Shown: piece by piece, positions 1 through 11,534 of the stretch
Layout: each line of letters starts with the position of its first letter
How positions within the stretch are numbered: position 1 is the stretch's first letter
NCBI GenBank assembly: GCA_043228905.1
Contig: JBHGNT010000015.1
Coordinates: 15,004,001 to 15,068,000 of the forward strand
Source of the DNA: Azolla caroliniana
Lineage: Eukaryota; Plantae; Polypodiophyta
DNA length: 64,000 bases
Reading direction: 5' to 3'
Position numbers and translations under genes: made by a program
The notes under the pieces: generated by a model
What the model was told of the DNA's origin: nothing
The model's input: the letters and a program-made list of their open reading frames with translations, nothing else
Database searches by the model: none

Positions 1-197
1 CCTTGTTGTGAATGCAATTTTGCTAAACCATTAAGTCGTTACAATATGTCGAGCCCTAACACTTTTATAGATCGATCAATCGTCTTGCTTTAGTAACATA
101 CATATATTATAAAACAATCATCATATATTCATGTCGTTTTTATGTAGTTCGTATTTATAGGCTCAAGTAGATGGTTGAGTATCTAATCTTGACATCT

Positions 198-271
198 TGC
201 GCCCAGCAAGGCTGGAACCTCGGATCTTAGAGTTAATAGTCATCCGCTCCAGCCAACTGAGCTATTGAAGC
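198..271 (-). pseudogene. tRNA-Asn pseudogene
   Basis: Reverse complement GCTTCAATAGCTCAGTTGGCTGGAGCGGATGACTATTAACTCTAAGATCCGAGGTTCCAGCC resembles plant tRNA-Asn; the anticodon and B box are mutated. Confidence 0.75.
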
Positions 272-971
272 ACGTAAATTTTGCACATAATTAGGTTTCT
301 AATTACCTTTTAAATATCAATTGGTCGGTTCCGGCAATTAATATGCGGAAGATATGTAGTTTTGCTTGAAATGAACGGAACCTCCACCTCATGCCATTAT
401 TATCATTGAAAAAATATAATTGCTTCCCTCAATTAAATCTCTAATGTTTTTTAACAAATATTTGTTGACTCTCAAGGAACGCAATCACTAATCACACATT
501 TATCTGACTTATTTTTGGATTTCTTTTTTCACGCATAAATTATGTCTTATTTCTTAATAAAGAATTAGCTACCGAGTCCGAAGCCCCTTCTAGTTTTAAT
601 TGATTAATCCAAATGATTTACTTTGAGGTGTTTTTTTAGTGTATTATATATGCATCGTATTTCAATCTTAAAAGAGACATTGTTTTCCTTATCTGTGAAT
701 CCAATTCTTCTATCCCATTGTGGCGTTACAATTTCGTCGACCGGAACACTTCTATAGATAGATCGATTTTTAAATCCTCTCAAAGTTTTTGCTGAGGATT
801 CAAAGTAGGGTATGCCCGTCCTTGTTTTTTAATTTGTGTATCTTGTTAGCTAACTTCTAATTAAATACATGACTTATATTATAAAACAATCATAATATGT
901 TCATGTGGTTTTTTATGTAGTTCATATTGATAGGTTCAAGTACATGGGTTTAATATGTAATCTTGACATGC

Positions 972-1046
972 TGCTCCAAGGAGGGGTTTGAACCTTCAAC
1001 CTTGTGCTTAATAACCATACACTCTAGCCAACTGAGCTACTGTACT
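972..1046 (-). pseudogene. tRNA-Asn pseudogene
   Basis: Reverse complement has TAGCTCAGTTGGCTAGAG (A box), GGTTCAAACCC (B box) and a CCTTGGAGCA end; the anticodon arm is broken. Confidence 0.75.
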
Positions 1047-1361
1047 GTACGTAATTCTTGTTTGAAAATTAGGTCTCTCATTACCTTTTATGATACTTGG
1101 TAATAAAGAATTGTGGACGCTAAATGAAAGAAATCAATAATCCTATATTTAGCTAACTTATTTGCAGATGTCTTTTTTGTGCATGGTAATTATGTCTTTT
1201 TTGTGAATAAAGAAATAGCTCCCGAGTGCAAGGTTCCTTGTATTTTGAATTCTTTAATACGAATTGTCTATACGAAATGATTTGAACCTCAATTTGCTGG
1301 ACTATCTTTTGTATGTGGCAATATCGAAGACTTTTCTATGTGGTGTTTACCTTAAGAAGGT

Positions 1362-1435
1362 GCTTTTGTAGCTCAGTTGGTTAGAGCACCTGTTTAGTAA
1401 GTGGGAGGTTTTGAGTTCAACTCTCAATGAAAGCA
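1362..1435 (+). tRNA. tRNA-Thr(AGT), probably a pseudogene
   Basis: GCTTTTGTAGCTCAGTTGGTTAGAGCACCTGTTTAGTAAGTGGGAGGTTTTGAGTTCAACTCTCAATGAAAGCA is a full cloverleaf with AGT anticodon and a downstream T run. Four CpG>TpG-type changes turn stem pairs into G:U. Confidence 0.85.
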
Positions 1436-1727
1436 AACCCAAGTCATGCTTTTCCCTCATTTAGTTTGATGTGTTTTTTTAGTGTATTATATATGCATCG
1501 TATTTTAATCTTTAAATAGACCTTGTTGTCTTTATCTTTGAATCCAATTTTGCTAAACCATTATGTCGTTACAATTTTTCGAGACGGAACACTTCTATAG
1601 ATCTATCGATCGCCCTACTTTAGAAACATATGTAGATTATAAAACAATCATCATATATTTATGTCGTTTTTATGTAGTTCATATTTTGAGGTTGAAGTAC
1701 ATGGTTGAATATCTAACCTCGACATAT

Positions 1728-1785
1728 CGCGGCAAAGACGGCTTGACCCTCTTATCTTATGGTTAACAGCTATACGCTCTAGCCA
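1728..1785 (-). pseudogene. 5'-truncated tRNA-Asn(GTT) remnant
   Basis: Reverse complement TGGCTAGAGCGTATAGCTGTTAACCATAAG; breaks at CTCTAGCCATTGTGT. Confidence 0.65.
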
Positions 1786-2080
1786 TTGTGTTATTACAAT
1801 TTGTTGAGTTGGAACACTTCTATATATCAATCGATTTTTACGTCCCCTTAAAGTTTTTGTTGAGCATTCAGAGCAGGGTATACCCGTTTTTCTTTTTTAG
1901 TGCATGTATCTTGTAGGCTAACTTCTAATGAAATACATGCAATAACATGGTTTGTATTCTCATCGTGCTTTAATAACATATGTAGATTATCAAAATAATC
2001 AACATATATTCATGTGGTTTTTTTTGTAGTTCTTATTTATAGGTTCAGGTACATGGGCTTAATATCTAAACTTAACATAT

Positions 2081-2154
2081 CGCTTCAAGGAGGGCTTGAA
2101 CCTCTGACCTTATGGTTAACAATCATATGCTCTAGCCAACTGAGCTATTAAAAC
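2081..2154 (-). pseudogene. tRNA-Asn(GTT) pseudogene, best preserved copy
   Basis: Reverse complement GTTTTAATAGCTCAGTTGGCTAGAGCATATGATTGTTAACCATAAGGTCAGAGGTTCAAGCCCTCCTTGAAGCG. Confidence 0.8.
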
Positions 2155-2429
2155 ATGTAGATTTTGTAGAATATTAGGTGTCCCATTACCTTTTAGATCT
2201 CAATTAGTCGTCTCCAACAATTAATATGTGGAAGATATGTAGTTTAGTTTGAGGCGTTTTTTTAGTGTATTATATATGCATCGTATTTCAATCTTAAAAG
2301 AGACCTTGTTTTCCTTATCCTTGAATCCATATCGTTGCTTTAGAAACAATCATCATATATTCATGTCGTTTTTATGTAGTTCGTATTTATAGGTTCAAGT
2401 ACATGGTTGAATATCTAACCTTGACATCT

Positions 2430-2487
2430 TGCTCCAAGGAAGGCTTGAACCTCCGATGTTTGGGTTAATAGCCATATGCTCTAGCCA
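2430..2487 (-). pseudogene. 5'-truncated tRNA-Asn remnant
   Basis: GCTCCAAGGAAGGCTTGAACCTCCG...GCTCTAGCCA; same breakpoint as the 1728-1785 copy. Confidence 0.65.
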
Positions 2488-2710
2488 TTGTGTCATTACA
2501 ACTTGTTGAGCCTAACCCTTCTATATATCAATCGATTTATATGTCCTCTTGAAGTTATTGCGGAGGATTCAGAGCAGGGTATACCTGTCTTTCTATTTTA
2601 GTGCATGTATTTTGTTAGCTAACTTCTAATGAAATACATGAGATAACATGGTTTGTATTCTCATCTTGCTTTAATAATATACATAGATTATAAAAGAATC
2701 ATAATATATT

Positions 2711-3145
2711 TGTTGAGCGAGCAAGCTCAACCGGATCCGGATCGGCATCCGAAAGGATGAGCCAGATCAGTATCCGAATGGTATCCAGAAAGAACCGCCC
2801 GGATCGGGGAGACGGATCGGAGAGCCGGATTCGAGCGGGAACTGAAAGCTTAGTAGTAGCCTAGACTACTAGGTAATCATTGTCTCGTAGTTAGTGTCAA
2901 TCGCATGTAGGAATATGGAAGTACTTATCAGTCCCTTATGGACTTGGATAAATAGTATTGTTTAGCACGTTGTATGTCTAGAGTTTTCAGAGTGATATTT
3001 TGAATTGAGTTTATGTTCTGCTCTCTCTATCTCTCCTGCGTATACTCTCTGTGAATTAAGCTGCACCATTAAACCTTCATCTTATTCTTTGTTGCTATCC
3101 GGCTAAGCCGGTTCTGTCTAACGCTTCCGCACGTTTACCTTCACA
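2711..3145 (+). mobile_element. Solo LTR related to Copia-A LTRs
   Basis: Starts TGTTGAGCGAGCAAGCTCAAC and ends TTCCGCACGTTTACCTTCACA, like the LTR at 5312-5783. Flanks ATATT/AATAG do not match, so there is no TSD. Confidence 0.75.
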
Positions 3146-3527
3146 AATAGTTAGTACCGAAAATTATAGTTAGTTACAAGTTTTGCAGTTCTTGCCGATA
3201 GGCCAATATGTATTTCTTGATGAGTAAGTCATTCAGGTTGCCTATAAAAAGGAACCAAAGGCATTGTAAAATCTATCATTTTCTTTTAGTAATATAAGAT
3301 TAGTTGTAGGAAATCTTGGTGTGGAGTTGTTTATTTTCTGTTATCTATTTCCACTCTGCTACAACTGTATTAGGTAAGTAACGATCTCGATGTCCGTGTA
3401 ACATCAATAAGATTACATAAACTTAATATCTATTCGCACAACCACAATTCTTTGATAGAACGTTCAGTACGAAATGTTCGAACACTATTGTGTGTCGACG
3501 ACCGAGTCGGCTATCGACCGAAAGACA
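3146..3527 (+). mobile_element. 3' part of another LTR interrupting a tRNA-Asp copy
   Basis: Contains TATA-like CCTATAAAAAGG and ends ...CGAAAGACA, abutting the T arm of a tRNA-Asp remnant. Confidence 0.45.
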
Positions 3528-4490
3528 TCGAACCCGGGTTACCCTCATGACAGGCGGGAATACTTACCACTATACTACAACGACATCCTCGTATTGGAAG
3601 TATCGACCGCAAAACTCGTTAAGAACATGGACCAGAATGTCATAAACGAGGCTTGGTGTCGTCGCCAATACACAACATTCAACGAAATTCATCTGCGTAT
3701 GGGAGGGAATATCCATGAGTGCACTCGGACGAGATCATGGTAATATGTGCCCTGCCTCACGGATGACCCACAGTACCCCACATGGGGTCGAAAGGGGTAG
3801 AGGATCCGGGGCAGCTAGCAAAGCATTGGGCATATGGCGGCAATGCCCTAGGAGGTGACATTGGCTTCACCATGCCCTTCGTGTCGTTGCCAGGAATCCA
3901 ACCCTGGTCACCCGCATGACAGGCCAAGATACTCACCACTATACTACAACGACATTGTCATGTCAAAAGTATCGACCCTACAACTCATTCGGAACATGGT
4001 CCGGAATGTCGAAAATGAGGCCTAGTGTCGTCACCAGTACACAGCATGCAACGAAATTCGTCCGCGTATGGCCGGGAATATCCACGACTACACTTGGACG
4101 AGATCATGGTATTATATGCCCTGCTTGGCGGACGAGCTTCACCACGCCCTTCGCCTTGTTGCCGAGATCAAACCCGGGTCACCCACGTATAGGCGGGAAT
4201 ACTCACCACTATACTACAACGACATCCTCGTATTAGAAGTATCGACCGTACAACTCGTTCGGAGCATGGACCGGTATGTCGAAAACGAGGCCCATTGTCG
4301 TCGCCAGTACATAGGATCACCACTATACTAGAACGACATCCTCATGTTAGAAGTATCGACTGTGCATCTCGTTTGGACCATGGACCGGAATGTCGAAAGG
4401 GAGGCCTGGTGTCATCGCCAATGCATCGCATGCAACGAAATCCATCTCCGTATGGGCAAGAATATCCATGAGTGCACTCGGGCGAGGACA
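3527..4490 (-). repeat. GC-rich tandem repeat (270-370 bp units) containing tRNA-Asp(GTC) pseudogenes at 3527-3584, 3882-3953, 4152-4223 and 4317-4337
   Basis: Reverse complement GTCGTTGTAGTATAGTGGTGAGTAT..GCCTGTCA.GCGGGTGACC.GGGTT matches plant tRNA-Asp; the spacer AAGTATCGACC..AACTCGTT..CATGGACC is shared between units. Confidence 0.85.
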
Positions 4491-5210
4491 AAAGTTCGAA
4501 AATTCAAGGGCATAAAATAATTATTTTTTTAAAAACTTGAGGGCAAAATTTTAAAGACCAAAGGGTAAAAAATATATAACTCACTTCACATGATGAAATA
4601 AAGAATACACAAATCCACAACATGATTTCATGACCCATGCCACAATGAACTAGCCAATTGGTGTATGATCCAATCGTGACTTCTGTTGACCGAACGAGAA
4701 GGAAGGTTCGAGTCAAGCAAAGCTCCGATCGAAGTTATCAATCGTAGCGTAGTGATCCGGTTGAGGGATTTCTGACCATTGAGACGACCGATGGAGTTCA
4801 GGTCGAGAAGAGTTGCCATGGAGAGTGGGTTCACTGTGCAATGCACTGTCCCACAGGCATGCCATGTGTTACCCGTAAGAATATACGGGGAGGCATAAGG
4901 TTATGTGTAATGATGTGGTTGATGTGTATGTGTAAAGTAAATGAGTGTTTGAGGATGAGTATGTGTATGGACACATGCACAATTATGTGCATGTGTACAA
5001 GAATGTGTAACGATCTTATTTATAACGGTCATGTAACCGTTACATTGTATGTATCATATAAACCCCTTATGGGGCATGTAATGGATAACTTTTTCCCCTC
5101 TCACATTTTTGTGTCATTTCTGATTTTCACTCTCCTTTTCTCTCTCTTTATCGTAACCCCCTTGGGAGAGGGGTCAAACCATTCTAGGTTTCACCCCCCA
5201 CCCATTAACA
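4490..5210 (+). mobile_element. 3' end of a tRNA-Arg-PBS LTR element (LTR 4867-5210), same family as 18367-21492
   Basis: LTR TGTTACCCGTAAG...CCCCCACCCATTAACA; the upstream ~370 bp is homologous to about 20770-21148. Confidence 0.85.
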
Positions 5211-5845
5211 CGGAGCTTGCCGAAGCCATGGCTTCTGCCGTTGATCAGATAGTGAGTGCGCATGAGGGCATAGGGGCCCTGGACAGGTCCATCGAAGCGA
5301 TTGTTGGTACATGTTGAGATACAAGCTCAACATTGGCCGGATCGGTTGTGCAAGCCGAGAACCAGATCGGTTGGGGCCGATCGGTTAGGCCGGACTGGTG
5401 CGTAAAACGGGTGCGTAAACCAGTACGCAAACCGGTTCGTAACGAGAAGTCGTAGCGGTGCGTAAAGCGCGAGGCCGTTGGAAAGATATTCCACATAGGA
5501 ATATATTTTGGGAGTTAGCGTAGAGCTCAATTATGAGCATTGAAGTACGTGTTAGTACTTCTATCAGTCCGTATGGAATTGTATAAAAGTGCTCATTGAG
5601 CACATCCTATGTACAGATTGAGTATTATTTTGAATCTAGTTTTGCTGTGTGCTCTCTCTCTCTATCTCTCCCGCGTACTGTGCATATACAAGCTCTCCAT
5701 TAAACCTGCGTATTTTCTATGTTATTTCTTCCGCACGCTATTATTCACATGGTTCCTATTTCTTCCGCACGCTATTATTCACATGGTATGCTCTGCAGCG
5801 GACATAGCTTGAAAGGAAACTAACCAAGAAGAACAAGTAAAACCG

Positions 5846-8800
5846 ATGGATAGAGGCATGGCGAGTTCAGTTCCTACAGAGAAGCTTGACTGGAGCTACT
5901 ACGCGTCCTGGTCATACAAAATGCACCAGTACCTACTGGGGCATGGGTATTGGAGTTTCATGGAAGGAACGAATGAGGTAGCACCAGAGCCTGGGCACAA
6001 GAACTTCCCGGTATGGGAGCAAGGAGCAAACCGAGTATTATACAGCCTCGCGTCCTGTGTTCACGACCAGATGCTCGGGTACATCAGGGATGCAAAGACG
6101 CCAAGGGAGGCCTGGGAAAATCTACGTAAGATTTTCGCCGCAAGTACCACAACCCGTAAGTTACAGCTCCGGCAAGAGTTGAACAACATCTAACAAACAG
6201 ATATGTCAGTTACGGACTACACCACCAAAATAAAGGAGATTTGCGACGCACTCGGGTCCATCAACGTGATGGTGGACGAAGACGAAATGGTACAAATATG
6301 CCTTGGTGGTCTAGCGCAAAGGTACGGGCCAATCCGGACAACGATCTGCACCTGGGAGAAACCACCGACCTTCTTCGACTTGCAATCGAGGTTGATGGTC
6401 GAAGAAAAGCACGCGAGTGTGTCTAGGACCACTTAATCGGACAGTCAGATGTTGTACACGAAGGCGGATAGGCCCCGTGGGCATGGGGGACGAGGTGGGT
6501 CGGCACGCATTGGAGGCGGCCGGCAAGAGCAGGAAAGAAGGCACACAGAACGTGCCGACAGTAGTTCCGGGACTTCCACAAGCAGGGGGAGTCAAGGTGG
6601 CGCCGGAGGCCTGCAAGACAAATCTGCCACAGAATGTTGGTACTGTGGTAAAAAGGGCCACAGAGAAAACGAGTGCTGGAATCCGATTTGGACAGATCTT
6701 GATCCGGCAAAGCTCGCACTACGCACAAGGATCAAAAGGATCCGGAACCGGGAAGACCGGTAAGGGGCCAGCCTTGGTGATGAAGCATGAGGCAAATTCG
6801 ATGAAGAAGACCACTGCCAAATCGGAGGAGGTATGGTATGTTGATTCCGGTGCGTCGAATCACATGACGAGCCACAAAGAGTGGCTCTCCTTCCTGGAGA
6901 AATCGGAACAATCGGGAGTTGTCAAAACCGGAGACGACACTCCTCACCTAATCGTGCATGTCGGTGAAGTTCCCTTGAGCCATGTCGGGCAGAAGGGGAA
7001 GCTGATGAACCTATTACACGTTCCAACCATCACGAAGAACCTGGTGTCGGTTGGACAGATTGTCGACCTCGGGTGCTTCATCGAGGAAGAGGGCCAGATT
7101 ATTGCGCAAGGGCACAGAGACGGGAGGATGTTCATCCTCGACACCAATGATGTCGGCACCGCTTTATTCACCAAAGGATAGAAGATCGAGTCGGATATTG
7201 ACTTATGGCACAAGAGGATAGGCCACATCAACTATCAACGGCTTCAGGACCTGCAATCGAAACAGGTGGTGTTCGGATTGCCCAAATTTAGTGGCCGGAA
7301 GGCACAAATTTGGGAAGCCTGCCAACTCAGGAAGCAACACCGACTTCCTTTCCCTAACGAGCGTAACCTGAGCCGGAACAAGCTCGACTTGATACATTCC
7401 GATGTATGGGGGCCGGCACAGAACGTTAGTCTTGGCAGGAGTCGATATTTTGTCTCTTCATCGACGACTATACGCGGCACACGTGGATCTATCTCATCGA
7501 GAAGAAGAGTGAAGTCTTCGACTGTTTCCAAGACCTCAAAGGGTTCGTGGAAACGGAAACAAGATGAAAGATCAAGTGTCTGTGGTCGGATGGCGGAAAA
7601 GAATACTTTTCTGGTCAATTCAACGGCTATCTGCAACAGATGGGAATTCGGCGCGAATTCAGTTGTAGATACACGCTAGAGCAAACTGGCGTGGCCAAGA
7701 GGAAGAAACGGTCAAATGTAGAAGCGGCACGGGCAATGCTGGAGGAGAAGAGCTTGCCCAAGTTCTATTGGGCCGAGGTGGTACGAACCGCAGTATACAT
7801 CTAGAATCGAATCGGAGACAAAGTGTCAGCGCATGAGCAGTATTTCGGAAGGAAGCCGAATCTGCGACACTTGAGAGTTTTTGGTAGCATTGCGTATGTG
7901 CATGTACCGAAGGAGAAATGGAGGAAGTTGGACGTGAAAGCCGAGAAGTGTATCTTGGTCGACTACTCGGATGAGCAGAAGGGTTATAAGTGTTATAACC
8001 CTCGCACCAGACAAGCGTGCATGAGCCATGACATTGTGTTTGACAAGTCGGCGTCCTGGTACTTGCCTCCAACTCCGGACCTCACCTCCAATCTGAGCTC
8101 CGATGATGAGGTCAGCGAGGCCGAGATGCCTCCGGATGAGCTTGAAATCGGGACCCGCGAAGAGAGTCCGATTTCGTTTCGGTTAATTGGACCGAATGGA
8201 CGACTGAGTCGGTTCGACCAGTCCGATGAAGGGCCGGCGAGTAGTGGATACTCGGTTGTGCATTCCCCACGCAGGAAGCCGAGGAGGCGGCTTACATGCA
8301 AAGAAAAAGGGAAGAAGAAGGTGTCGGATTACGGCAGAGATAGGAACGAGTCGGATCGACGCGAGTCCAACTCCGAGGGAACTAACGACGGGTCTTCGAG
8401 ACCGAAGTCTGCGTCGTCCAAGGAAGCCTCAACTTCGGCTACTGAGCAATTACGCCGATCAACCCGCCAAAAGCACCCTGTTGTGCAGTTCGGTTACAAC
8501 GAGTACATGGCGCATCACTATGCGTACATGACGCATGTAGCGGAAGTGCGTGAGCCGGAGAGCTACGTAGAAGCGGCGAAGGACGCAAATTGGTGTGTTG
8601 CAATGGAGGAAGAGATGCACGCATTGGCAGGGAATGAAATCTGGGACCCGATCGGATGTAGGTGGGTGTACAAGGTCAAGTACAACACCGAAGACTCGGT
8701 CAACCGCTACAAGGTCCGGTTAGTAGCAAAAGGCTACGCGCAGAAACACGGCATCGACTACGATGAGACATTCTCGCCGGTCGCAAAGATGAAGACCGCC

Positions 8801-10060
8801 CGTGTTTTGCTTGCAGTCGCTGGGGCAAAGGGGTGGAACTTACATCAGATGGAATTAAGGAATGCGTTCCTGCAAGTTGAGCTTGAGGAACTGGTGTACA
8901 TTGTACAAACCCCTAGATTTCACTCCAGAACGAACACTTCGGTAGTGTGCCGATTGAAGAAGTCCCTTTACGGACTAAAGCAAGCCCTGCATACCTGGAA
9001 CACGAATATCACGCAACGATTGCGTCGGATGGTCTTTGTGCTTCAAAATCAAACTCCTCATTGTTCATCCGGAAAGGTCGACTCGGGCCGGTTAGTATTT
9101 TACTTTATGTTGATGACTTGGTCATCACCGGCGCCGACCTAGCTGAGATAGACCGCGTGAAGCTCCAGCTCGCAGCATCATTCGACATGAAGGATATGGA
9201 GAACCTTCATTACTTCCTCGGGATCGAAGTGATCCGTACCCCCGAAGGCATATTGATCATCCAACGTCATTACGCGCTGAATATGCTCTTCAAATTTGGG
9301 ATGGCCGACTGTAAGTACGTCTCCACTCCTCTGGATAGAACCATAAAGCTTCGCCCCGATTCCGGAAAGGTATGCGACCCGACGAGGTTCCGACAGATAG
9401 TCGGAAGCCTTATATACTTGAACATCACCCGACCAGATCTTAGGTACCCGGTCAGGGTGATTAGTCAGTTCATGGCGCGACCAACCGAGGAGCACCTTTA
9501 GTGCGCACAACGTGTTCTCTGGTACGTCAATGGCACTAAAGACCGGGGGCTACTATATCGGGCCGATACTACCGAGCAGTTGGTCGGTTACACCAATGTT
9601 TATTGGGTCGGAAACGCCGGGTATCACCGATCCATGTCTGGTTTCACGTTCTCTCTCGGGAGTGTCGCGATTGCGTGGAGTAGTAAGAAGCAGCTGATAG
9701 TTGCATTGTCGAGCACCGAAGCCGAGAATAGAGGAGTGGTTGTCGCGACATGCGAAGCCATATGGTTGAAACGGCTACTTAAGGATCTGCAGGTGGAGGT
9801 ATCCAATCCAACAACAATCTACTATGACAACCTCAGCAACATCCAACTAGCTAAGAACCCTGTCTTCCACGCCCGGACTAAGCACATTGAGGTGCACTCC
9901 CATTTCGTCCGTGAGCGTGTCCTCTCCGGTGAAGTCCAACTTCAATAGGTTCTGATGAATTAGCAGAGCGCCGACATCGTCACCAAGCCTCTTGGTCTTG
10001 ACAAGTTGCGGCAATTCTCGGATGCGCTTGGGTTGTGTCACCTCGATGTGCCGACTTTGA
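5846..10060 (+). pseudogene. Copia-A gag-pol with stops and frameshifts
   Basis: CWYCGKKGHRENEC, WYVDSGASNHM, LIHSDVWGP, RLVAKGYAQKHGIDYDETFSPV, LLYVDDL and KNPVFHARTKHIEV in PR-IN-RT-RH order. Confidence 0.93.
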
Positions 10061-11277
10061 GCAGGAGAGACGTCCCGAATGACCACGGAAGAGGGAGAGA
10101 AGTTCCGGAAGACGAAGACCACGATGCTGAGTCGGATGACGAATTCGATTTATGATCGGCTGAAGAAGGCGAGGGCGAGACCCGCGGAAGATTCCGAAAG
10201 CAGACATAAGGGGAGCAATCGAAAGGAAGAGCCGAAGCCAACCAAGGGCGAGATGACCGAGGACGAGTTGGAGACAGCCAACTCGGATGAGAGCGAAAAC
10301 CGATTGGAGGAAGCCGATTCGGTTCAGATGTTTGATTTGGATACCCTGAATCAACCAAGGGCCAAGCGGAAGAGAAGGCAACAGAAGAGGCGCCAACATC
10401 GCAACAACAAGGAAGCTAGGAAGGGCCATGTGAGCGTGGACAAGCTGACCGAAAGGGTCGAGGAGCGTAGAATTGAACGGGTCGAGGAGCGCAAGCGAGG
10501 CATGAAGCCAGAAGGAACCGGAGAGCAGATGGAACCTCAAGTTGAGCTTGAGGGGGAATGTTGAGATACAAGCTCAACATTGGCCACATCAGTTGTGCAA
10601 GCCGAGAACCGGATCGGTTGGGGCCGATCGGTTAGGCCGGACCGGTGCGTAAAACGGGTGCATAAACCAGTACGCAAACCGGTGCATAACGAGAAGCCGT
10701 AGCGGTGCGTAAACCGCGAGTCCGTTGGAAAGATATTCCACGTAGGAATATATTTTGGGAGTTAGCGTAGAGCTCAGTTATGAGCATTGAAGTACGTGTC
10801 AATACTGTTGCACACAGCGCTCGGCCACAACCGAGGAATAGGATCACCTCACAGAAAACAGGAAATATAAAATGCACGAAAACAATAGAGAGAAGAGTAC
10901 ACAGGGTGTTTTACGTGGAAAAACCCTAAATGGGAAAAACCACGGGAGTCCTCAAACTCCAACTATCACTATACACAGAGATGTACAATGGTGAAGCTAC
11001 AAGGCAACAACCTTGAGCTCACTGTCTTCGCCACAGGTGGCGGTAATGCACAGAGGCGTCGACCTCTTCCTCTCTCTCTCTCTCTCTCTCGGCTGCTCTC
11101 ACTTCGCTCTCACGGCTGAAAACATAAAATGAGCAACAACATTTAAACTGTTTGCCCTAAGTCATATTTATACACATATGACTTTCAGGCTATTTACAAA
11201 TATAGCCTCAAGGGCTCTTGGCAAAACATATTCACAAATATGTCCCCGCATCCGGATCTCTCTTCGGGTACATTCGT

Positions 11278-11462
11278 CATCCGGCTCCGTAGCCAGGGTC
11301 TTCATCATCCGGCTCCGTAGCCGGGGTATTCATCATCCGGCTCCGTAGCCAGGGTCTTCATCATCCGGCTCCGTAACCGGGGTCTTCATCATCCGGCTCC
11401 GTAGCCAGGGTCTTCATCATCCGGCTCCGTAGCCGGGGTATTCATCATCCGGCTCCGTAACC
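11278..11462. repeat. 28-bp tandem repeat (about 6.5 copies) in Copia-B U3; second copy at about 16109-16293
   Basis: Unit CATCCGGCTCCGTAGCCAGGGTCTTCAT starts at 11278, 11306, 11334 and onward to 11446. Confidence 0.95.
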
Positions 11463-11534
11463 GCAACCGGGCTTGCCGTCATTCATCTCCGGAAATCCCA
11501 TCCGGAGGGACCGAAATCCCAACAAACTCCCCCT

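Larger units (their letters stand above)
1..2710. repeat. AT-rich degenerate tandem array carrying tRNA-Asn and tRNA-Thr pseudogenes
   Basis: Blocks such as AAAACAATCATCATATATTCATGT..TTTATGTAGTTC..AGGTTCAAGTACATGG recur at about 110, 885, 1640, 1995 and 2345, each followed by a tRNA-Asn remnant; a partial block at about 2690 is cut by an LTR. Confidence 0.85.

Noticed and set aside
3474-4331. Short ORFs with repeated peptides
   Set aside because: They are translations of tRNA-Asp repeat units.
11278-11462. 28-bp repeats as a CRISPR array
   Set aside because: The units are contiguous with no spacers and lie within both LTRs of a Copia element.
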